Of a stretch of DNA of 64,000 nucleotides, positions 44,506 to 64,000 are shown in pieces. The first letter of the stretch is position 1; each line of letters starts with the position of its first letter. Source of the DNA: the human T2T-CHM13v2.0 reference genome, Homo sapiens; assembly GCF_009914755.1 (NCBI RefSeq), contig NC_060947.1; one strand, given 5' to 3'. The notes beneath the pieces were generated by a model that was given only the letters and a program-made list of their open reading frames with translations, searched no databases and was not told the DNA's origin. The position numbers and the translations under genes are program-made.

Positions 44506-46601
44506 TGATCTACACACCTCGGCCTACCAAAGTGCTGGGATGACAGGCATGAGCCACCGCACCCAGGCTATCAGGTTTTGTTTTGTTTTGTTTTGTTTTT
44601 GTTTGTTTTTTTTTTTTTTTTTGAGAATAAAACAGATTGAGTCTTGTGCCAAAATGCAGGGGAAGCTGCACCCAGACAGGTAACAAATTATTATATACAG
44701 TAATAGATAGCTTTTCTACATACCAATAATAACCATTTAGAAATCCAAATTGAGAAAAATTACACATATATAGTGACAAAAGTACATAAAATATCTAAAA
44801 CCAGATGATTGAAGCAAGATGGCAGATAGATCCCGTACCCTACCCAACATTCCTTCGAACTTGGAAGTGCAGTGGGAGATCTCGCCACTGCGCTCCAGCC
44901 TGGGTGACAGAGTGACATTCTGTCTCAAAAAAAAAAGGAAAGAAAAAAACAAATAATAATAATAAAAGTAATGTATCAGAACTTGACGGAACTTCAGACC
45001 TTCACTGTAATAGTGAAGGAGAGAAACACATTTGTGGAGAGGGGACCATGTTCACTCTTTATCCCTGATAGACAGATAGTCGGGAGTTTTATATACCCAT
45101 GGAACCTAACGAAAAATGTTCCCTGTCATGACTCACAATCTTCCAGCCACCCTTCTTTGCACCTGTCTTGTGGGCTGGGGGACTCAACTTATGGATCCCA
45201 TCTTCCCAGGGAGAAAGAAAAATCAAATCCTTCGGTATCTCCTTTAGGGTATCCTCTCCTCTATTTGCATGGAGGGTAAGGCACTCAATATCTAGTATTG
45301 GAATGTTACATTTGTGTAATACAGAACTATATTGGGATAAAATAGAATTTGTTTCCTCTGAGACACAGGTAGAGGTATGTCCACACTGACCTGGGTGGCA
45401 GCCATCTCTTCCTGCAGTGCCAGGCAGGGCATGCTCACAGATCTAGGGAACCTCTTGCTCCTGGAGGCCCACAACCTCCTTCCTGGCACCCTCTCCCTCT
45501 GGTGGCTGTGACAGCCCACACTTGGTCTTGGGTATCCCCTGCTTCTTTGCCTGCCTCTCTTCTGCCCAGGCTGCACATCTCTGTCTCCCACTGTCCCCAC
45601 TATGTCCACGATTGCCTCTTCCTCCCTGCACTCTCCATCTCTAAGGGCTCCCTGTCTTGGAAAATGAACCCACAACCTCTACCTTGCGACTGGGGACAGA
45701 ACCTGGAGTTTGTTCAATTCTCCCTCCCTCCACCACACACACCTTTCCTCCTTAATATTTCTAGAGTCAATGAACTCCAAACTCAGCCCCTCCTGCACCT
45801 GCCAGCTGTAGGACCTGTGACAAGATGCCTACCATCTGTCTGGGACTCCCTCTCTCATCTATCATATAGGCATAATGATGATAGTGTCCTCCTTCCAAGG
45901 CTGGGGAGAACCAGGAGGCCAAGGTGATGGGGTATGAATGGTCAAAAGAGCTCCAGTCCTGCCTCCACCCGGGGCTGGTGTTTCAAGTCTGTTGTGTGTG
46001 AATGGAGGTTTAATGTCTTCATTCACACACACTGGTTTGTTCTAAAACGGACTCCCCTCTGCCCTTCCTTCCCCACAACTGTTCCACCTCCGCACCGTGC
46101 AGTGGTATATGTGAGAAAGAACTGTCCCATTCCCAAATCATCGTCCCCACCCCAGCCCCCAGGCCCTTGGTTGGTGAGATCCTTGATGGGCAGTCTCACG
46201 CTCCTGTCCAGGAGACTTTCCCACCGTTGCTCCTTTGCATGGAGACTAAGTGGACTCTTCTATTCCCTGTGCATCACAGGGTCTACAGTGCACGCATCTT
46301 CCTCATCCCTCTGCGTTCCCCAGATGACGATTTCATCTGTGTCTCCTCCTACATACTCCCAAATGGACCGTCCCAGCCCTAGAACCCGAAAATGGTTCAG
46401 AGAGCGAAGGCCAAGATGCCCAAACACCTGCTGCAGAATCCTGCTCCAGGACTGAAGTGTATAGTCTCTATCAAAATAAAAACTGGAGGCCAGGTGCGGT
46501 GGCTTACGCCTGTAATCCCAATATATTAGGAGGCCAAGGTGAGAGGATTGCCTGAACCCAGGAGGTGGAGACCAGCCTGGGTAACATAGTGAGACTCTCT
46601 A

Positions 46602-46763
<162 letters not shown>

Positions 46764-47129
46764 CTAGAAGAAACAAACAAACAAACCAAGAAACCCAACA
46801 ACGGGAAACATCTTCCTCTAGAATGGGGGTCAGAAACATCTGTCTGCCTTGTTCCCTGGTGTCTCTCCAGCACCTAGAACAGCGCTCAGCATGAGTATGC
46901 ACTCATTAGTTTTTTGTTGAATAAGTGACTCGTTTGACACAGCAATTCCACTTCTAAGAATCTTTCCTAAAGAAATATTCATACACATGCAGAGAGCTGT
47001 GTGCACAATAATGAGAGGAGCAAACAACTGGGGAACGTTTGCAAATGTTTATTAACTGTCAGTGACTGATAGAGGGGAATCGGATGAGGGGAGTACAAGC
47101 AGATGGGAGATGCTTATAGTGTTACTTGG

Positions 47130-47168
<39 letters not shown>

Positions 47169-47896
47169 TGTAAATGCAGAGGAAAAAATCTGAAATTAAA
47201 CACTCAGACCTCCCCTCAGCAGTCACATCTGGGGAGAGAGGAGGGTAGTGCTGTTCTATGGAGAGAATACCTGACTATACTTGTTTTCTAAGGTAGGTGC
47301 ATGGATACACAAACCGAAATATGCATTAAGTATGTCTTGCTGATCAGTGAAAATGTTAATATCTAACAGAATGGCACACTGTAAGAAAGTACAACGTAAA
47401 CTCTAACATCGAACTCTTGGCACACTAAGAAAAATGACGCTCAACTTTTCACTGTTGTGAACACTTGCTTTCACTTGCTATGCACCTGATGACGAGGGGT
47501 CCACAGCCATGCCCGTGTTCATGAAAGGTCACCACGTTCTGCTTCTCATCATGGGCATGTGTCGTATCCCCGAGGCTGAGGCAAGAAGAGAGAAGGAAAG
47601 TAAGTGGCAGTGAGTTCCCACCACGTGACAACTCAACCTCAACTCCTCCTGACCTGCAGACCCTGCACACTCTGATTCTGTCCTACCTCAGGACCTGCAC
47701 ACGCCTTCCACGGTTCCTCGAAGTGAACCATCTGTTCATGCCACAGTGACTTCTTCGCCTGGGTGATCCATTCCTAGGCTAGAGGAAGGTGTGGCCCGCA
47801 TATCAGGGCTGACCTGGGGTTTGGGAACCCACAGCATCCTGGGTAGGGAGCATCCCTGGATATACAGGGTAGAGAGTAGAAAGAGCATGGGAAATC

Positions 47897-48183
47897 GGCC
47901 GGGTGCGGTGGCTCACGCCTGTAAACCCAGCACTTTGGGAGACCGAGGCAGGTGGATCCCGAGGTCAGGAGTTCGAGACCAGCCTGACCAACATGGTGAA
48001 AGTTCATCTCTACTAAAAATACAAAAATTAGCCGGGTGTGTGGGGTGCACACGTGTAATCCCAGCTACTCAGGTTGCTGAGGCAAGAAAATTGCTTGAAC
48101 CGGGATGCGGAAGTTGCAGTGAGGCGAAATCGGGCCACCACATCCAGCCTGGGCGACAGAGCAAGAATCCCTCCAAAAAAAAA

Positions 48184-48219
<36 letters not shown>

Positions 48220-48220
48220 G
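47897..48220 (+). mobile_element. Alu in intron 7 of the SSX pseudogene
   Basis: TSD-like agag(c/a)atgggaaatc. Absent from SSX2B intron 7 near 27545. Confidence 0.88.
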
Positions 48221-48768
48221 AATGGGAAATCTCATCATTCAGCCTCAATGCTGTACCCTAGAAAAGGGAATGATTTGGGGAGCAAGTGACAGATGGGATA
48301 CCAGTATCATAACAGAATAGCACATCTGCAGGGATGTGGGGGATGAGCGGAAGGTTCACTTACGGAGTTACTCGTCATCTTCCTCAGGGTCGCTGATCTC
48401 TTCATAAATCACCAGCTGCTTTCTCTCACGCAGTCTGTGGGTCCAGGCATGTTTCCCCCTTTTGGGTCCTATGATGGAGAATAGTTGGAAAGTGAGGGTT
48501 GGGTGGGTTGGAGAGTGTTAGGCTCTGTTTTCTCAAAAAAGGAGATGCCTCCCCACCACCAAGTGCCCATGGGCCTTCTTTATCCAGTTTTTCACATTCT
48601 CTGGCTTAGAGAGGCTGAGGCCTTAGATCCACACCAATACACCACAAATACCAATTAAAGTTTTAGCTTCTGGCTCCTTCCGTTGTCAGGTTTAGATTCC
48701 CAGCCTCTTCACTTATGGGAACACTCACCCATACCTCCTTTCATGCTGCACGTATTCGTTAAGGGCAC

Positions 48769-50456
48769 AAGGCAAACCTTGTTTTATGGCACCTCATTTT
48801 TATCCTGCTTCGCAGATACTGCAATTTTTTTTTGAAATTCTCACCAATTTTACACTTTTCCATTATTATTATATCTGTTATAGTGATCTGTGATCAGTGA
48901 GCTTTGATATTATGATTGCGATTGTTTTGTTGTTCTTTAGTCTTTTAAAATAATTTTTTTTATTTTTGTGGGTACGCAGTAGGTCTATATACTTATGGGG
49001 TACGTGAGATGTTTTGATACATGCATGCAATGCATAATAATCACATCATGGCAAATAGGGTATCCGTCCCCTCAACCATTTATCCTTGTGTTACAAACAA
49101 TCCATTTACACTGTGTTAGTTTTTTTAAATGTGCAATTAGGTTATTACTGACAATAATCACCCTGTTGTGGGTAATTGTTTTAGGGGTAACAGGAACTGC
49201 ACCCACAGAAGATGACAAACTTAATTGATCAATGTTGTGTGTGTTCTGACTGCTCCACCGATGAGCTCTTCCTTGCCTACCTTCCTTTTCTTGGGCCTCC
49301 CTATTTCTTGAGACACAGCAATACTGAAATTAGGACAATGAACAACCCTACAATGGCCACTAAGTGTTCAAAGGAAGGGAAGAGTCGCATGTCTCTCACT
49401 CTAAATCACAAGCTAGAAATGGCTAAGCTTAGTGAGGAAGGCACGCTGAAAGCCAAGACAGGCTGAAAGCTCGGCCTCTTCCACCAAACAGCCAAGCTGT
49501 GATTGCAAAGGAAAAGTTCTTGAAGGAAATAATAGTATATAATGCAAAGGAAAGGTCTTGAAGGAAATAATAATACTAATACTCCAGTGAACACACAAAT
49601 AAGAAAGTAAAGCAGCCTTACTGCTGAAATAGAGGAAGATTGCGTGGTCAGGACAGAACATGAAACCAGCCACAACATTCCCTTAAGCCAAAGTCTAATT
49701 CAGAGAAAGACCTGAACTCTCTTCACGTCCATGAAAGCTGAGAGAGGTGAAGAAGCTGCAGGAGAAACACGTGAAGCTAGTAGAAGTTGGTTCGTGAGGT
49801 TTAAGGAAAGAAGCCATCTCCATAACATAAAAGTGCAAGGTGAAGCAGCAAACCCTGATGGAGAAGCTGCAGCAAGTTATCCAGGAGATCTAGCTAAGAT
49901 CACTGATGAAGGTGGCTACACTAAACAACAGATTTTCAATGTAGATAAAATAGCCTTCTATTGGAAGGAGATGCCATCTAGGACTTTCATAGCTAGAGAG
50001 GATTGACTCCAACTTTGAAAGAAGTTCTACTGTGGGTAAAATGCTATCCAGTAGCATCACACACTACAGGGAAATCTTTCATGAAAGGGAGAGCTAATCA
50101 ATGTGGCAAATTTCACCGTTGTGTTCTTTTAAGAAACTGCCACAGCCACTCCAATCTTCAGCAACCACCACCTTGATCAGCCAGCAGCCATTAACACCAA
50201 GGCAAGACCCTCCACCAGCAAAAAGAGTGTGACTCACTGAAGGCTCAGAAGATTGTTAGCATTTTTTATCAATGAATTATTTTAAAATTAAGGTATGTAC
50301 ATTTTTAGACAATGCTATTGCACACTTAGTAGAGTACACTATAGTGAAAACGTAATGTTTTTATGCACTGCGAAACGACAATAACAAAAAAAATGTGTGA
50401 CTCACTTTATTGCAGTGGTCTGGAACCGAACCTGCAATATCTCTGAAGTACAACTG
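48769..50456 (+). mobile_element. Tigger1 (paralog of 25347-26993) with nested L1MA fragment
   Basis: ORF 49731-50006 is a Tigger1 transposase fragment ([34 protein letters not shown]). TIR-like ends present. Confidence 0.9.
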
Positions 50457-52745
50457 ATTGGGTATCAGGCATTGAGCTGCGTAAGACATGATCCCAGGTA
50501 ATTAATTACAGATAGAATTGCTTGAGCACCTTTCATGTCATCAGGCCTTCTAGACTAAATATAATGTCTCCAAACAATTTGTGAACTATGATTCTTTACT
50601 TCCATCGTATGGACTGGGAATCTGGAGCTGAGAAAATTTGGAAGACTTGCCCCAAGTCACGTGGTTGTATATGGATGACAACTCCACTCTGTGTCTCTGG
50701 AAGTCATGTCTAACATCTCTTCTGGCGCTGGGCAAGCTCCTCAGCTCAGCCGGGACCCAGGCTTGTCTGGGGTCCGTGCCACACACCCAATCCACACACC
50801 TGAACATAGCCAGGAAAGCCAGAGGGTTTGTTCCCGAATTGTTTCCTCTTACCAGATCTCTTGTGAATCTTCTAGAGGTATTTGCTTTTCCTGGGTGGGC
50901 ACAGCTGCTTCGGATCGTTTTGTGGGGCAGATGCTTCTGGCACTCCCTTCTAATCATTTCCTTCCTCTGCTGGCTTCTTGGGCATGATCTTTATAATGTG
51001 AAGGTCACAGATAAACAGAATCAGTGCCATTTCTATAGTGCTTTAGAGCTTACAAAGCGTCTTCGCATGCATTACCTTAATCAATGTTCTCAACAAAGCT
51101 GGGAGAGTTACACTTGCCTAAATTAGGAGAAACCTGGGAGGGGAGGTTAGAAGGGAAAGGATTGGCCTACATGAATGGGGTTTCCAGGGATAGAATGCTT
51201 ATCTTCCCACTCTTTTAGGACTGACATTCTTGCAAACAGCAAAAATCTCCATGTAATTGAGAGTGTGATATACAGAAGATTTGGAGCATAGCATTCTAAG
51301 AATTCACAGGTCTGCAAAAGGAAGAGCTTCTATAAAATACAAGGGATCCCATATAAGCTCGTAGACAGCTGCTGGGAGGGTAAATGTAAAAACATAGGGA
51401 GGGGACGAAACACTGCTGGGAAAGATGGTGTGGGGAGAGGAATACAGGGAAGGGAGAGGGAAAGAAATGGTTTGCTGAAATTAATCCAGGCAGCAAAGAA
51501 AGCAGTACCAGATCTGGCATACCAGCCTACCGAGGCACCAACATTGAATGTGGAATTCAGTGAGGTGGTACCCATATCAATTCTGGTTGCACTGGGATGG
51601 GTCACTGACCAACAGTCTTAAGCTACATTTATTCAGCTTCCTCACTTATGAAATAGTGAACAATACATGTAAAATAGGCTAAGGGAAAGTCCTCTCTGAG
51701 CTTATAAACACTGTTTAAATGTAGTAATAATAACAATTAATACCTTTCATGATCCTTCTTTGAATTTGTCCTCCATACTGGCAACCCAATCCCAGATCCC
51801 TTTACCCTCTAAACTGGAATTGAATATGTAGTTGTGGAGTCACTCGTTCAGGGGCCTCCAAGGAAACCCCTGGGCTGGGACTGGGGTTTCTCGGATGCAC
51901 CAGGTGTAGAGAAAGCCCTCAAGGAGCTCACAGTAGGGAGGGGCCCACAGTCAAACCTATTCCTAAGCCATGCGAGTGGCCCCAGTAACGGATCAGAAGC
52001 CAGCTGGTCCTTCCTGTTGCGAGAGTGGGTGTCTCCTTGGAAGCACCAGCAGGCCCTATGGGGTAAAGCCCTAGTGAGCAACATCTGAACTTCATAAACA
52101 AATGCAAACGTGAATGAGCTTTAAATGGCTTGGAGCTCTGGATCAGACTACCACTGCCACTGCACCTCAGGAAAATTCTCTAACATCTCTGTACCACGAT
52201 AGTCTCATGTTATTATTATTTTGCTGATAACTATGATCTAAAACATGAACTATGATTCTTTACTTCCATTTCATGGCCCAGGAGTCTGGAGCTCAGAGAA
52301 CTTAGAAGATTTGCGCCAAGTCACATGGCTTTTGTGTGGATGACAACTGAAATGTATGAGACATTATTTGGAGATAATAATAGAAACAACGTCATAGACG
52401 TATTCTTAAGGATTAAATAAATTAATCCATGTAACCTGCTTAGAATATCTGGCATCACTATGAAAACAAAAGAAGTGTTAAGGATTACAACTGTCAGTGT
52501 TATCAAGCCGTCAATGCTACATCAGGTGTTGTGATAGACATGGGAAAAAGGAGGCAGTGAGGGCATTTTTGATATTCTCCCACTCTTACCAGTTTTCGCA
52601 TCCATGGAGGGACAAAGGTTCTCTGGTCATTTAGATTTGAGAGATACTCACCTTCGGGAAGATTCTCTAGAGTCTGCCGAAAGTCATCTGAGGACATTCA
52701 ACTGAAAGAGAATACATCAGAATTTTTCTTTGTTGGTAAAGATTT

Positions 52746-54780
<2,035 letters not shown>

Positions 54781-56169
54781 ATGGTAAAAGGCACTAGCAT
54801 TAAATTTTGTTTTATTTTAGACAGGGCCTCACTCTGGTGCCCAGGCTAGAGTTCCATAGCACAATCATGGCTCACTGCAACCCCAGCCTCCTCAGCTCAA
54901 GTGACCCTCCTGCCTCAGCCTCCCATGTAGCTGGGACTACAGGTGTGCACCACCATGCCTGGGTAACTAAAAAAAATTTTTTTTTGGTAGAGACAGGGTC
55001 TTGCTATGTTGCCCAGGCTGACCTTGAACTCTGGACCTCGAGCAATCCTCCCACATCAGCCTCTCAAAGTGGTGGGATTATAGGAGTGAGTCACTGTGCC
55101 CACTTAACGCTAGTATTTTTGAGTACAAACTATGGAACCAGACAGCTTGGGTTCAGTTTCTGGCTTCTCAACTTATTAAGCTATGTGACCTTGCGTAAGT
55201 CATATAACCTTTCCGTGTTTCAGGCTACTCAAGAGTAAACTGGGGATAACCACACTATCTAGCCCATTTGATTGCTATGATTAAATGGGCAAGTACCTGT
55301 AAAGCACTTAGAATAGTGCCTGTCATGTGGTTAAGTTAGTATATATCTTTTACTTGTTGTTAGTAATGACTTCAAATTACTTTTAAAATGTAAAGGCATA
55401 TCTGGTTCAAGAAGAAGATGGTGAACCAGGAATAGCTGCTGGCTTCCTTCCCAAACCAAACCCTGCAGATGCCACAGAAGAGGTGGGAAGTGGTTGGAGT
55501 TCAGAACAGTTCCTGTAACAAAACCCTTGATGGTTTGGCCCCACTGGGGGATGAGACGGCTTAGAGTGGGAAAAGGTCAGAGGCCACAGATGGAGGATCA
55601 GCCCAGGTGGAGCTTTCTAAGTTGCATTCTTGTTTTCTCCTTGTTTTCTGGAAGGCTTATTACCTGTTCTGTAAACATATAGAGCAGACACTTGGCAGGG
55701 CTGGCCCAGTGCTAGCCCAAAGTGGCCTGATAACATTAAAGAATAAGGGGCCTGGCAAGCTCCTAGAAAAAGTGCAGACTCATCAAAGCTGGCCAGTAAC
55801 TGAACATTTCTTTCCTACCTCTCCCTCTGCCCTCTGAGCTGGGCGATTACAACCAATATCATCCACCTGTAGACTCCCTCCACACTGTAAGGCAGAAATC
55901 CTGTAAGGGTCTCCAGGGGCTCATAGGCTAGGGACTGGAAGAAGAATTGGCTCAGCTCAGCTCTAGAGGCTCCGTATCCTACGACCTATCAATCCAGAAA
56001 CCCTGAAACTCATGTGGAGTGTCTGGACTGACACACCTTCCCAGGAACAAAGAGTTATACAGAAAAATTATCGGATAGGCTGGGCGTGGTGGCTCACGCC
56101 TGTAATCCCAGTACTTTGGAAGGCAGAGGTGGGAGGATAACCTGAGGTCAGGAGTTCGAGAACAGCCAG

Positions 56170-62550
<6,381 letters not shown>

Positions 62551-63134
62551 AACCTGAGGTGATCCACCCACCTCAGCCTCCCAAACTGCTGGGATTACAG
62601 GCGCAAGCCACTGTGCCCGGCCCTATAACCAATGTTTTTAATTGTATCCCTCTAGAGAGAGTGAGCAGAGGTGTCTGTGTATGTCTGTATTGTGCTTTGT
62701 GTTTTACAGAACATTAACTCTTTATAAAGCATATATTTCTAACCTAGGAAAATATCAAATGGAAAAGGGATGGGAATACCTTTGATATGTACATTCAGCA
62801 GAACTATGTGCTGCCGGGTACAGTTGCATGAACATATACACATCTCCACTTCCTGTGGGAGGAAATTTTAAGAAGAAAATTTTCTTTAGGAATCAGTGCT
62901 CCCCCAGGCCTTATTTACAATGTCTGGCTTACTGTCAACCTGTGAGTCTGTCCACCAACCCTACAGGACCTCATATCCCTCCCTTCTCAAATGCCTACCT
63001 CTTCCCTTCCCTTCTCCCCCACCATCAGAAAACAGGCATAGATATATGCAGCCATCAGCTTCTCAAACTTGATTTTATTGTAATCATCACCGTTGGTGGT
63101 GAGGATTTGTCCAATTTGGTTTCTCCATGTTTAA

Positions 63135-63385
63135 TTAGTCTTCCTCACCCTCCTCTGACGATCCTTCAGATGAGTCTGGGTCTTCTTCCTCCATCAAAGA
63201 TCCTTCAGATGAGTCTAGGTCTTCATCCTCTTGTGAAGATCCTTCAGATAACCCTAGGTCTTCATCCTCCTGTGAAGATCCTTCAGGTAATTGTAGGTCT
63301 TCATCCTGCTTTGAAGATTCTGCAGATGAGTCTAGGTCTTCGTCCTCCTGTGAGGATCCTTCGTCCTCCTCCTCTTGGACTGGAT
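63135..63385 (-). repeat. 39-bp SPANX-N minisatellite (about 6 units, EDEDLDSSEGSSQ-type)
   Basis: Repeating gatccttcagatgagtctaggtcttcatcctcctgtgaa with period 39. Confidence 0.9.
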
Positions 63386-63398
63386 TGATGGAGTTCTC

Positions 63399-63542
63399 TC
63401 AGGACTGGTCATTCTCGAGTTGATTTGAATGTATTTTCTTAGTCTTCCTGTAGCACAACACTAATACTGTTGAATATTCTGATGTTTTCATCTTTTTCAA
63501 ACTCGGTTCGAGGACTAAGTCCCTGTTTGGTGTCTCCTGCAT
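63399..63542 (-). CDS. SPANXN5: SPANX family member N5, coding part of exon 2 (exon 1 lies beyond the window end)
   Basis: ttaacag|MQETPNRDLVLEPSLKKMKTSEYSTVLVLCYRKTKKIHSNQLENDQS* (47 aa plus TGA). AATAAA on the minus strand at 63079-63074. Confidence 0.92.
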   Translation of the reverse strand: MQETPNRDLVLEPSLKKMKTSEYSTVLVLCYRKTKKIHSNQLENDQS

Positions 63543-63727
63543 CTGTTAAGAAAACAGGGAGAGGCCAGAAAGACATTATTTTGGGTGAATAGGATAGAGA
63601 CTGGATAGCAAGGGGGGCTTTATGAGAAGGAATGCAGGTTGAGGAAGGGGTTCGATCCAGAGAAGAACAAGGTTGACTCACAGGGTAGGGATCTATGGGG
63701 AAGAAGAGGAGCATGGGTAGGGTCATC

Positions 63728-64000
63728 TGTTAGTCCAAACTGCACCATTTTGTAAGTTCTTTGCTATTTTGCAGACCTTGGTCAAAGTGAAACATCCCAT
63801 GGGGGTTCAGGCCGTGAGAAACATCCTGCCTAACCACCTGTCCACAAGGCAGACAAAGGCCCAACTAAAGAAACATCCCTATCATATCTTGCTTGGCAAA
63901 GTTCTAAGGAACACCACAACGATATTCCACCAGAAAAAGGGCCAAACCACCTGATCATAAGAACATCTTATCAATATCCTGCTGGGCAACAAGCCATGCT
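63728..64000. mobile_element. ERV LTR-like sequence in the SPANXN5 intron
   Basis: Starts tgttagtccaaactgcaccattttgtaag..gcagaccttggtcaaagtgaaac, LTR-like. SPANX introns are known to carry an LTR. Subfamily not assigned. Confidence 0.55.

Larger units (their letters stand above)
47030..52701 (-). pseudogene. 5'-truncated SSX pseudogene (exons 5-8 only: 52701-52652, 50988-50853, 48468-48364, 47575-47030)
   Basis: Exon 5 VECPQMTFGRL* (TAG). Exon 6 [12 protein letters not shown] with compensating indels. Exon 7 intact, [38 protein letters not shown] at 47053-47048. Exons 1-4 absent. Confidence 0.93.

Noticed and set aside
45806-45923. Possible additional exon (ccag|..ccaag|gtgatg) of the candidate antisense gene
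   Set aside because: Immediate stop codons in the required phase; no support.
46384-46420. KWFRERRPR resembling homeodomain helix 3 (WFxNRR)
   Set aside because: Lacks the invariant Asn and upstream helices, and the other two copies read KSFREQR.
49731-50006. Transposase-like ORF
   Set aside because: Short fragment of an internally deleted Tigger1; not an intact or domesticated transposase.
62828-63388. 186-aa + strand ORF with ILQMSLGLHPP repeats
   Set aside because: Antisense reading of the SPANXN5 39-bp minisatellite; the open frame is a by-product of the repeat.

Overview
Human (primate) genomic DNA, very Alu-rich, from the Xp11.22 cancer-testis amplicon. It contains a complete + strand SSX2-type gene with a 188-aa CDS in six coding exons (19625-27396). 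This is most likely SSX2B, given SPANXN5 downstream. There is also a Tigger1/L1-derived cassette exon giving a 223-aa isoform. An OAT processed pseudogene sits head-to-head with the SSX promoter, and a second OAT 3' fragment lies near the window start. Further along are an inverted, 5'-deleted SSX pseudogene forming a ~13-kb diverged palindrome around an S100A11 retrocopy, a third SSX 3'-end fragment, and exon 2 of SPANXN5 (- strand) with its 39-bp minisatellite. Comparing the three amplicon copies shows Alu/microhomology junctions, copy-specific insertions and a ~700-bp gene-conversion tract. It also shows a candidate unannotated spliced antisense gene lying tail-to-tail with SSX, whose exons join in phase into a 94-aa ORF in one copy; this is a hypothesis only. 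All alignments were done by eye, and repeat subfamily calls are approximate.
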